Shown here: piece by piece, positions 27,963-39,629 of the stretch | How positions within the stretch are numbered: position 1 is the stretch's first letter | Layout of the letters: each line of letters opens with the position of its first letter | The notes under the pieces: model-generated | The model's database searches: none | Told to the model about the DNA's origin: nothing | Seen by the model: the letters and a program-made list of their open reading frames with translations, nothing else | Program-made: the position numbers and the translations under genes | Assembly: GCA_021613535.1 (NCBI GenBank) | Contig: CP075493.1 | Location: 15,500,001 to 15,564,000 of the forward strand | Length of the DNA stretch: 64,000 bases | Source of the DNA: Adineta vaga | Lineage: Eukaryota > Animalia > Rotifera | Direction of reading: 5' to 3'

Positions 27963-30224
27963 CTAATCTAAAGTAATGGATTTTCGGGGAACGTGTGTCA
28001 CGATTGGTCTGTTGCCTTTGTTCAATTTGCTGCTTGTACCAATAGAAACTCGTTTCGATTGATTATCCAATGATCGTATTCCAATTGAGTTTGCTCTCAA
28101 ACGAATGTGAATACTATTCGCTTTGCCAACATTGGATACTTTTGGTTGCGAATTAGTAACTGTTGAATTTCTTCGTATCTTCGTTACATTAACCTGAGAT
28201 GATTTCATTGGTACAACATTTGGTACCAATACCCTATTTAATGGTATAGTATTTACTAATGAATGTCGAATCGTTGGAGCAATTCGATTGTTTTCAGAAG
28301 AATTGGATAATGGTCGATTTTCAGCATTAGTTGTATCAATAATTTTATTACGTGGAATTTTCTTAACAGATATTCTTCTATCTTCTTTATTGATGACTTG
28401 TTGGGGAGGAGATTTATTATTCTCCATATGCGATGGTTCATTGACGGGATAATCTTTAGTTGGTGTACTTTTACGAAATATTCGTTCAATAAATGGAATT
28501 TTTCCTTTATTATTCCGTATAATTTGCTGTATGTCTTTTTCTTGTCTTTGTTCTCGTCGACGACGATGTCATGCAAGAGGACCTCTGTATACTTGTTAAT
28601 AGAATAATATTGAATGCAAATATTTAATAAAACTCACCATCAAAACCAATATAAACAACAGCAACCACAGCATAAAGCTAATAACAAACTTAACAATGAT
28701 AATCCGACTATGAGTGGCCAATCAATTGATTTTTCTAAATACATGAAAGTAAATAATACATTCACACTCTGTAGTCACTTACGCTGTTGTTGTAGTTGTT
28801 ACTGATATTGGTGTTGTCTGAGAAGTTGTCGTCGTCGTTGTTGTTGAAGTTGTTTCCGATGTCGTTGATATTGTCGATGTTGTTTCACAAACTTCTGACG
28901 AATTTTTTGACAATAAATGTCATAAAAAATGCATCTGATTGTACTTTTTCACTAATTTATGTACAGAAAATGAGACACAGGGTTATAATTATCAATAAGA
29001 TATATATGAAAAAGAATGTTTACCGAGTAAAAGCGATGACACACAATGTTTGTAATTCAACTTGATTTGCTTGTGGTGTCCAAGTAAATGTATCATAAAA
29101 AAGGATCGAATTTGGTGCTGATTCTGTGGCATCATCATCTTCTATACCAATAATTTCATCAGTTATAAGAATCTCATTGATTTTACTTGCATTATCAATA
29201 CATTGTACTTATTTCGTCAATGAAATTTCCAACCTTAAGAAACAAATTCTCTGTCAAATTTAATAAGAACGACACAAAGAAAAGTTTATTTAATTACCTG
29301 AATCGATATTCCATACCAAGTCTTAACTCTTAATCCAGTAAATGAAATGGTACAATGCGATAGAGTTGTACCATTTGGTGCAATACCAGGAAAACAAAAT
29401 CCACCACATTCATCAATTGCTTGACGAATAGGATATGATGAAGTCGATGTTAATGTACTGGGAGTATTGTGAGGGGAGTGAGTTTATTGCATGATGAGAA
29501 TGAGATGGAACACACACAAACAAGTAGAAGATACTGCTTTTATATACTATCTGTGATCACATGTACATGACTCAAAGCATCCGATCTATATACACATGAC
29601 TCACGAATTCCTTGACTCATGAGTTATCATGGCTGAAGGCCATGACAAGTATCAACAGTAGTTGGTGCATATTCACGATATGCTTTTTTACATTTTTTTC
29701 CTCGAACAAGTAGTTCCGGCACATCTTGAATCAACACACGTCATATTTTGTGTAAATCCACTAGGACACGTTTGTCTTTTTTCTCGATAAATATGTTCTT
29801 GATAAAAATTATTCATAGCGAAATCGTTTTTTGATCGTTTTCGTAAATCAATAAATGTTACAATTGACCAATCAAGGTTATTTTGTGTGTGTTGGATAAT
29901 TTAATGCTACCCAAGCGATGGATTAACACTTATACAATCAGTTAGAATATCAATTGGTGAATTTGAATATCCACCATCAGTAGTACAATCAACAACACAA
30001 GTTAAATTTCGATTTTTACTATTTCGTCCACTAGTTGTAATAGGTATATTCGTTGCACAAGTCATTATCGAATAAGCCCATGTATAGGATTGTGTTACTG
30101 TTATATCAACGAAACTTAAATTCGTATAAGGATTAATTGGAGACCATCGAATAGTAGCACCATTAAAATGTCTTCCAAAAATAATAGAAATAAAGTTGAA
30201 GAATATAAGAGATGGAAAATGCAT
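27963..30224 (-). pseudogene. Secreted/type-I membrane protein gene disrupted by stops and a solo LTR
   Basis: MHFPSLIFF...RHFNGATIRWSP...; the frame EYAPTTVDT|PSTLTSTSSYPIRQAIDECGGFCFPG is split by the LTR. Followed by a Thr-rich stalk, a TM/Cys-rich segment (~28630-28710) and the cytoplasmic ORF 27963-28427. Confidence 0.7.
29468..29647 (-). mobile_element. Solo LTR (180 bp) with 5-bp TSD
   Basis: TGT...ACA termini; AGTAT at 29463-29467 and 29648-29652; minus-strand TATATAAAAG then AATAAA. Removing it restores the host reading frame. Confidence 0.88.
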
Positions 30225-30336
30225 TTCTTTTCAAAATCAAAGATGAATAAATTTTATCTTTTAATTCTTGTTATCGACAATTTTCATATTGTCAAAGAAA
30301 ATCTTCTGGACTTTATTATCTTAATTTAAATGATAA

Positions 30337-30746
30337 ATGTTCAAATTATCAATGGTATTTTCTAATTCAATTGAATTCCAATGGAAATACAATATTTGTT
30401 GGTTCAGATCAACAATCTTTACAAACATTAACAACATCTCAACCTATTGCACAACCTTACAGTGATTTAATTGAAAAATGGATTTGTAAGAATAAATCGA
30501 AATTACTTTGTATAACTTTGAATATGCAACTTCTAAACTTCCAAATGGAAATTCTATAAATATTGCAAAATTTAGGTTAGATTACGAACCAAAAACTAAA
30601 GAATGAAAAGGAAAAGTTACAGGTCAATTTGTTAAATTAACAACAAAATACTTCGGCAGAAAAATCAACAAAATTAAAGAAGATATAATTGAAGGACCAA
30701 TTACAGTTGACGTTAATGTTTATCTAGTTGAAAGATATCGTAACTG
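30337..30746 (+). pseudogene. Small decayed 2-exon gene
   Basis: NSNGNTIFVGSDQQ...EKWI, then an intron-like gap, then KFRLDYEPKTKE*KGKVTGQFVK with an in-frame TGA. Confidence 0.35.
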
Positions 30747-30825
30747 AATGTAATAGATAAAATCATTTTTTCTAGTTAAAAGTTTCTCTTATACATTTTA
30801 ATCAATAAAAATAATAAGGATTTGT

Positions 30826-31302
30826 TTATTTCTTGGAATCACCAGCTCGTTTTGCCCAATATTCATTTTCAACATCACCTGATTTCAATGGCATTAACAT
30901 TGAAATACTCATCACATACGGCTTCTCGATAGTACCTACGATGACTCTTGCTTTGCGATTGCAATCACCAATCAATTCTCGACATCGACCACATGGGCTG
31001 AACAATCGAAAATGATTTTTGTCTTCGTCATCACCAGCCAATGCTACGATTGTTTCTAGAGAGTTCATCTCTCGTCCGTCATTGATCATTGAACATACAG
31101 CACTCACTTCACCACATAGTGGTTGCGATGATTCGATGTGAATACCAGTATAGATTTTATCAAACGGAATACAACTGCGTAAGGCACTGACTACAACATG
31201 ATAATGAGGTTTGTGAAGACGACGTGACACACCTTTAGCCGTTTCAATCAGTTCAAAATCTTTTTCGGTTAATTTGTAGTCAAAATGATCGACTTGTTGC
31301 AT
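30826..31302 (-). CDS. Cytidine deaminase family, blasticidin-S deaminase-like, intronless
   Basis: Zn motifs C-x-E (LCGE) and PCxxC (SPCGRCRE); DFELIE, HIE, ETIVA and LMPLK parallel the Bacillus Bsr/fungal BSD layout as recalled. Confidence 0.88.
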   Translation of the reverse strand: MQQVDHFDYKLTEKDFELIETAKGVSRRLHKPHYHVVVSALRSCIPFDKIYTGIHIESSQPLCGEVSAVCSMINDGREMNSLETIVALAGDDEDKNHFRLFSPCGRCRELIGDCNRKARVIVGTIEKPYVMSISMLMPLKSGDVENEYWAKRAGDSKK

Positions 31303-31598
31303 TTTATTTTGTAGGATTTAAAAGCTTTATTTATATCAATGGTCGTTATCATCATTTATAGATAAGGAACACTGACAAAAATGAAGTATAGCTTCTTCAT
31401 GTTTTACGCAGTAGTATATGGATGAGAGTGAAGAATAAAGACCTACATCATTCTGTATATAAAATAACAAGAAAATGCAATTATAAATACATCGAATTTC
31501 AGAAATAGAACGAAAAAGAAATTTTTACTTATTTTGAAACGAAGAACACGTGATCAAATAACATATCGATAGAAGAAAAATTTTATATTACAAAATAT

Positions 31599-34034
31599 AT
31601 GTCTAGAAGAGTTTGTTCGTCATTACTGACATTACCTGTAGAATTAGTCTATCGAATTTTGGACAATTTGGATGAATTAACAATTATATGTTCTGTTCGT
31701 AATGTTTGTCTACGATTAAATTCTATTACAAATACATATCAACGTTATCAAGTAATTTAATTTGATTTTTCTACGAGAATTCTCATATATTTTTATTATT
31801 TCAAAAGATATTCAATACACTCGATTTGAGAGATCATGAACTGCGAGATCGAGAAATACAAAGTCTTATTACTGAACTGAGAAATAATACTGTATAAATA
31901 TTCTGTATCTTAATCTTTATTTATTTGTTAATTAAACAGACAATCACTACATTAATAATGTACAGTCATCGAATTAAAGATCATACCGTTATTAATTTGG
32001 TCAATGCTCTCAAGAAGAATAAAGTTATAAATAATTTATTTATTACTATCATCTAATTGTATTTCTATTTTCTTTTACAGACACTCACTACACTTAGTCT
32101 TGAATGTAACATTATCACACAGGAAGGAGCACAATATCTTGTTCGTCTTCTTGAAATAAACACGGTATTATACGATTGATGATCATTGTCTTTTCTAGTT
32201 ACTTATTGTCTTATATACATAGACACTTACAACGTTAGATCTTAGCGATACTCAAATTCAAGATCAAAGTGTACAATATCTTGCTGATGCTCTCACAAAA
32301 AATCAGGTATCAGACAAATGCTTATTTATCTTTATTTATTAACCATATTCCGCTTTGAATAAAGACTTTGACTTCACTCAATCTTCGAGGTAATCAAATT
32401 GGACAATTAGGAGCACAATATCTTTCAAATGCATTTACAACGAATAAAGTAATTTACAATTAATGATGAATGTGATCGAGTAATGTTTGTATTATTCATA
32501 TAGACACTCACTATATTAGATCTTAGTTACAATGATATTCAATACAGTGGAACACATAAACTTGCTGATGTTCTGATAAACAATACGGTAATTTTCATTT
32601 GATCGAATCGTAATCCATACTTTTACAATAGACACTTACAACACTTGATCTTACAAAAAATCAAATTGGAGAATTAGGCGCTAAACAACTTGCTCACACT
32701 CTTCAACATAACAAAACACTTGCTATATTGAATCTTGGAACTAATGAAATTGGTCATCAGGGAATTCTTCATTTATCTTTAGCTTTGAAGGAGAACAGAG
32801 TAAGAAGATTTTATCTGATTAAAATCTGATTTATTCTTTCTCTAGACACTCACTGTTCTCGATCTTAGCGAAAATGCAATTGGAGATAAAGGAGCTAAAT
32901 ATCTTTCTGATACTCTTATCCATAACACTGTAAATAAAACTTTTGTTCTTATGATATTATGTTATACCCAAAATAGACACTTGTAACACTCAATTTGGAC
33001 ACAAATGAAATCGGAGATGAAGGAGCACAACATCTGGCTGATGCCTTAACGAATAACTCGGTATAAGATATGATTTTACTTCTGTTGATAAATTTATCGA
33101 TTGATATAGTCACTAAATATACTCAATCTTGGACATAATCAAATATCTGATACAGGTACAGAATATCTTGGTCATGCTCTTGCAAATAACACGGTAAAAA
33201 CATCGATTTCTGCTGATGTTTGTCGGTTCAATTCCTTATTCTCTATACAGACTCTATTGTCACTTGATCTTGGATCGAATGAACTCAATAATCGAGGAGG
33301 AAAATGCCTTGCTAATGCTCTGATAAATAACAAAGTAAAATTTTCATCTAGCTTACTTCGAAGATTTTATGGAATATAGACACTTGTTTCATTAAATCTT
33401 GCATCGAATGAAATTGGAGACGAAACGATAGAAAAATTAGCTCTTGCTCTAAGAAACAACAAAGTAAAATAATCACTCACTTTCACTTTTTTCAGTCTAT
33501 ACTTTTCATCTAGACACTCACGATTCTTGATCTTTGTGATAATAAAATAACGGACAGTGGTATACAACATCTTGCTAATAGTCTTCTAACCAATACGGTA
33601 ATAAATTATACATGATCGGCTTTTTTTATATTTCTCATTACATAGACATTGATCTCGATCGATTTGCGTTTAAATCAAATAGGTGATCAAGGTGCAAAAT
33701 GTTTTGCCGATGTTCTTCGAACAAATAGAGTAACAGAAATTTATTTATTCATTTATTTTTTGTCGTTTAATTCGATATATTTCGTTCAGACACTTATGAA
33801 ACTTAATCTTCAACGTAATGACATAACAAGAAAAGGAGCAGAATATCTCGCTATCGTTCTTGCAGACCATACAGTAATACTAATTTCTTTTACTTTTATT
33901 CATTATTTTTCTTTTCTATTTAGACAGTTACAGAAATTTATCTTCGTTGGAATCGTTTTGGAGAGGAACAACGAGAACATTTAAGGGAACTTACCAATGG
34001 AAATGAACGATTGAAATTGACAGAAATTATGTGA
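31599..34034 (+). CDS. F-box + ribonuclease-inhibitor-type LRR protein, 17 exons
   Basis: Exon 1 F-box LLTLPVELVYRILDNL; then 84-nt phase-0 exons each encoding one 28-aa repeat TLxxLxLxxNxIxxxGxxxLAxxLxxN (one 168-nt double exon at ~32632-32799); final exon ends LTEIM*. Confidence 0.92.
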
Positions 34035-34581
34035 AAATAATAATAAGTGCATCAAAATGAAAATTTTTTTCCAATAGATGACGCTATTAAACATCAGACA
34101 TAAACGTGTATAGATTTTATTCTTTCTTATACGTTTCATTCTCTTCTTCCATATGCACGTATTTATCTTTGTCCATGTTTTTTATTTTTATTTTTTTCAA
34201 GACTCTTTTCTTTTTCTTTGCTGTTCTATTTGCTACTCAAGCAACATATTCATTTTATCTTGTTATTTATATTCATTATTCTGTTTAATAGTAGCAATAG
34301 AAAGTAAGATAAGATATAACATTACATGAGATTTTTTTGTGTTAATTGAAATAATCAGATCCGAAGAAGAGGAAATTCTACTCGATATCGAAAGGAGTAC
34401 TGAGATAAACATGGAATCCATCGTAGTACAATGAGAATCTTAAAAATTTCCGGAATACAAACATTCTTTTTTTGTTCTTATTCGATTAGAACAAGGTCAA
34501 AGAATCTTTCGATATAAAATTTCTACATGTACATATACTATTGACCGGAATCACCTTCTCTTCTTTAGATATCGATAAACG

Positions 34582-36830
34582 ATGTCAATAATATTTGTTG
34601 GTCTAATCACTGGATTAGTTTTGGTTATTACTATTTTATTGGAATATATTTTTTCCTTCATTGAAATAATTCTTAAAAAACCGATACCACCAAAAGTGCA
34701 ATTGAAATCGATTCCAAAGAACATGTTTATGCACATCCAGATTATACCAAACAATTGCTAGATCTTTCTTCATTCGATGTAAAAACCATCTATGAAGTTA
34801 TTTTACATGGTATACAATTGAGTGGTGATCGACCACATTTTTCATTTCGACACTCATTTGATCAGCCATTTCAATCTTATACTCATAAGTAATTCATATA
34901 TAAATAATAATATTAAATAAATATTTCTTTTGTTTATCTTAGACAAGTATTTGAAATAATCAAAGAAATTGGTAGTGGAATAGTAATGACTGGTCTTAAA
35001 CCATCGAATGAGACATTTTATGGTATCTATGGTTCATCAACAATGAATTATGCTTTATGTCTGTATGCAGCATGGCCATATTCAATGGTACCAATCGGTA
35101 TCTATGATTCACTTGGTCGAGATGGTGTGAAATTCATCATAAGTCAAAGTACTGTGGAATTAATTTTTGCTGATGATTTACAACGTGTTCGAAATTTAAT
35201 TGAATGGAAAGATGAAACCATAGCCTTGAGAACAATCGTTTGTTTTATTGAACCAACAGATGATCTAAAACAATTAGCTCAAGAAAAACAATTGAATCTT
35301 CTTACATTAGAAAAATTAAGAGATTTAGGTCGAAATAATCCATTAGAAGTAGTTCCACCAAAACCAACTGATAAAGCAGTTATTATGTATACAAGTGGAA
35401 GTACAGGTGAACCTAAAGGTAATTATATTTTAATTGTATTTTTAAAATGAATATTATTTATGAACATAGGTTGTGTTCTTGATCATGAAGGCTTTATTCA
35501 CGGAGTCTGTGCCATTCTCGTTTCTGCAGATATAACAAAGACGAAATCGGGAGAGATTCCACGTGTTCTAAATTACTTACCTTTAGCACATGTATTTGGT
35601 TGTGGAACAATCATTGGCATAACTTACTTAGGTATAGTTCATATTCAAGTAGGAAAGTAAATTTTAATTGAATATTCTAGGTGGAGAAATTGGTTTTTGG
35701 CAAGGTAAAGTCGAAAAATTAATTGATGATTTTCGTGATTTTCGACCAACACTTCTTGCAATGGTTCCTCGTTTACTGAACAAATTATATGATAAAGTTC
35801 AAACAGATATACGTAAAAAGGGTATGATAGTTCGTATTTTATTTCAATTGGCTGTACCAAATAAATTAGTACTTCTTCGACGTGGAAATTTTTCACAAAA
35901 TACATTATGGGATAAACTTATTTTTGACAAAATTCGTCAATCATTTGGAAATAAAGTTAATCGTATTATTTCAACTGGTGCACCACTTTCATCAGAAGTG
36001 TGTCGATTCTCACGTGCTGTATTTTCATGTCCTTTTATTGAATGTTATGGACAAACTGAATGTGTGATAATTTGTTCTCAGACAGTAAAGGATGTTGAAT
36101 CAGGTGAAACAGGTATTCCGACACCAGTTACTCATCTTAAACTTCTTGATGTACCTGAAAAAGAATATTATGCAAAAGATGGTATAGGAGAAGTTTGTAT
36201 TAAAAGTCGAACTCTATTCAAAGGTTATTTGAAAGATGAAGCAAAGACACGGGAAGCTGTAGATGAAGATGGATGGTTACATACAGGTGATATTGGTCGA
36301 TGGACACAATATAAAACAATTAAACTTATTGATCGAAAGAAAAATATGTATAAGGTTAGAATCGTGAATGATTTCTTGTTGAATCTTATTTTAATCTTTT
36401 TTTATAGTTAAGTCAAGGTGAATATGTAGCACCAGAAAAAATTGAAGATATTTATGCACGTTGTCCATTTATTACTCAAATATTTGTCTATGGTGATTCA
36501 TTTGAAAGTTTTCTTGTTGCTATTATTCTTTTAAATGATGATTATGTAAAACAATGGGCAATGCGTGAAGGTTATGATAATCAAACAGTAGTAGGATCGA
36601 AAATGAATAATAAATTAAAACAAGTTATTCTTGATGACTTAACAGTTGAAGGAAAGAAACGTGGTTTAATGTCGTTTGAACAAGTTAAAACAATTGAATT
36701 TATTCAGGAACCATTTACAATTGAAAATGGACTTTTAACACCAACATTCAAATCACGTCGATATGCAATTGAAAAGAAATACAAATCATTTTTTCAAACA
36801 ATTTATAAGAATGCTAAAATTAAAACATGA
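34582..36830 (+). CDS. Long-chain fatty acyl-CoA synthetase (ACSL-like), with an apparent frameshift in exon 1
   Basis: YTSGSTGEPKG, YLPLAH, YGQTE, GWLHTGDIG, IDRKKNMYK|LSQGEYVAPEKIE and LLTPTFK motifs. The N-terminal TM frame is out of phase with the catalytic frame near 34697. Confidence 0.85.
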
Positions 36831-37930
36831 TAACACTTTTCTATTTGATTTCTTTGTGTTTTTTTTTATACCAAATATATCATTTGTTCTTTCAAATATG
36901 ATCAACAGAAAATCTAAGAGATATTTGTTCTTAATATATCTGAAAATAGGAACATGAATTCGTTGATTTTACACCCGCACACTTCTCATTCTCATCCATT
37001 CTTAGTCATAATGCATTAGTAATAGTACATTTTTTCTGAAATGAAACTTTTGAAGTATTTACTTTAGTGGCCTATGAAACCTTTTCATCCAACGTGATAT
37101 TATCGTCGTAAAGTCAGTGTCGCAATAAAACTCTCGTGCAACTCTACCAACGTCTTCCGGAGAAGAAGAAAATGAATGTCATATATATGATTAATATCGC
37201 TAATTTATCAGAACAATTTGGCATTTATTTTATTCCGAGAGAAAGTTCTCTGAATAAAAGTGCAAATCAACGATTTTTTTCATTCTCCTGGGCATCGGTA
37301 ACGCTACTTTAATTCGACCATTGTTCCTATGGAATAAATTAAAAATTATTTTCAATATATTAATCGAAAATGGTGAATTCATTTCTTATCTTGTTATTCT
37401 ACCGCGTATATCAGTTCTAATTATCGTAGCTAGTGTATGTTTTGGTACTGAAGTTATCTTACATTTGATTTATTTTTGCGCAGCCAAATCGGACAGAACA
37501 GATATCAATGGAGAAAAATGTTTGATTTTTTATTGTTTTTTACCAGTTCGAATAATTCTATACGGTTTAATTTATTCATCACCGATTCTTTTTCTTTTTC
37601 TCAATTTCAATTAAAAATTCCAAGATACCTTTTGTGAATGTCTGCTTAGACTTAACGTTTTTTTCGGTGTGTGTTTTATAGACGCAATTGCCGATAGCTT
37701 CATTGATGACGATTCATCAAATGATGAAAAATATGGGTTATTTTGATAACGACACTGATCTTTGCTGGACAATAAGTGTCAGAATTTTTAGTTATTCGAA
37801 ATAAAATTTGACTTCGGGAATGAGTTTTATTGTGATGTATTTATCTAATCATAAAGTAAAGCGTAACCATAGTCAAAGACGAGATTATTCTTTTAGAAAA
37901 AAAACAACAACTACACCCACACCCGTATAG

Positions 37931-39500
37931 TTAAAGAAGTTGCATTGATGTACATAGGCGATACAGCAATAACACAAAATAATGAATTACGTATTCTAGA
38001 AGAAATTTATATTGATCCGAATAATTGCAAGACAATACCTTACGCAACTGTGCCTGATGACGGTTATTTTCCAGATGAAAGTGAAATCTTACTATCGATT
38101 GGTAGTGTATTTCGTGTGAAATCCGTTTCTGAATCAAATGTAAGTTATGATTTTGTGTTATCATTAAGAAGAGAAAAGTATAATTCTTTCTATAGTTACA
38201 GAATGGCAGCTTATGGACTGTTCAACTCGATTTGATTGATAATGATGAAAAAATGATCGAAGAATTTCATCAATATTTAGAGTCAAATATAGAAAATGAA
38301 CCCACGTTATTAACTTTGTCTTCTTTTCTACTCTGGATGGGCAAATATGATTTCGAAATATGAAATTTTTATTAGTGATATTCTCTTAACCAGATCGTTC
38401 AGCAATCTATATTCAACTTGGCTACATTTGTCAGAAAAAAGGTGAATTTGACAACGCTCTTCAGTATTTAAATCAATCGATCGAATGGTTCGAATATTTA
38501 TTGAATAAACCGCAAATTATACAGCTTTCATGTGCGTATAACGATCGAGGATTAATACATAAATGTCGTGGAGATTTTCACAATATGCTCTGAATGATAT
38601 AAACAAAGCTCCAGAATTACGATCAAATGAAGAGAACCTGACGGGAAAAGAACGTGAATCCTTACCTATACTACATTCGCATGCACATGAAAACCTAGGA
38701 ATTTTATACAAAGATAACAGTGAATACGATCTTGCTTTGAATCATTTGCACCAAGCACTTGATCTCCGACAAGAATATTTACCTGAGAATCATTACTGGA
38801 TAGCACAAACATACAACAACTTATGTTTGTTATACACAGCCATAGCAAATCATAAAATGGCGATACAATGCATAAAGGAAGCCATTGAAAAGTTTTTAAC
38901 GAGCCTATGATATATATATAAATCGATGCCTTACTGTGATTCATTTATGGTATTCAATGTTATGGGTAATTATACAGCAGCATATCCTAAATTCGAAGAG
39001 GCACTCAATACTCAACGGCACTTTGCACCCAAACATCCAAATATGATCAAAACTTTGAATAATATTGCAATGGTATGTAGTAATGTGGGAGATATGGAAG
39101 CTTTTATGAACTATTCTCAAGAAGCTCTTCGTATGTGTCATTTACAACGAATATCTTCATTTGCCTTACCATAATAATGTTATCGGTTGCTATATACAGA
39201 TGGGTGTAATGGAAAGAAAACAAGGTCATTTTGAACAAGCGCATCATAATTTTAATACAGCACTCGATATTTATGCTCGTTCAGCATTACTTAAGCAATA
39301 TTCCCTCCTAACAAAACTATATACACAAACAGCGCTGACATATTTGGAACAAAATCAAATTGAGGCGGCGTTATAGGCATATGAACAAGCGATCGAATAC
39401 ACGCCCACAAACTCTCATGAATTATCGAACATTCGTCAGGCAATCGAAATATTGCATCAAAGAAATAATGTGACAAATTCACGTTTTCAGAAAAAGCAAC
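37931..39500 (+). pseudogene. ART-TPR pseudogene (5'-truncated, frameshifted)
   Basis: PDESEILLSIGSVFRV (ART catalytic E-x-E) followed by TPR fragments in shifting frames (38563-38910, 38926-39174, 39161-39376). Confidence 0.75.
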
Positions 39501-39629
39501 GGAAGGTGTTTTACATAGGGGTTGCGGGGATAATTGGTGTGATCACTATGATATTATTTAAAATGTTCTATAAAATTTAAACGAACTGAATATTCAGTTT
39601 TATTTTTGCATTTTTAACATTCTCAGACA

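Noticed and set aside
31750-33930. Regular ~140-bp periodicity suggesting a CRISPR-like array
   Set aside because: Fully explained by LRR exons alternating with introns.
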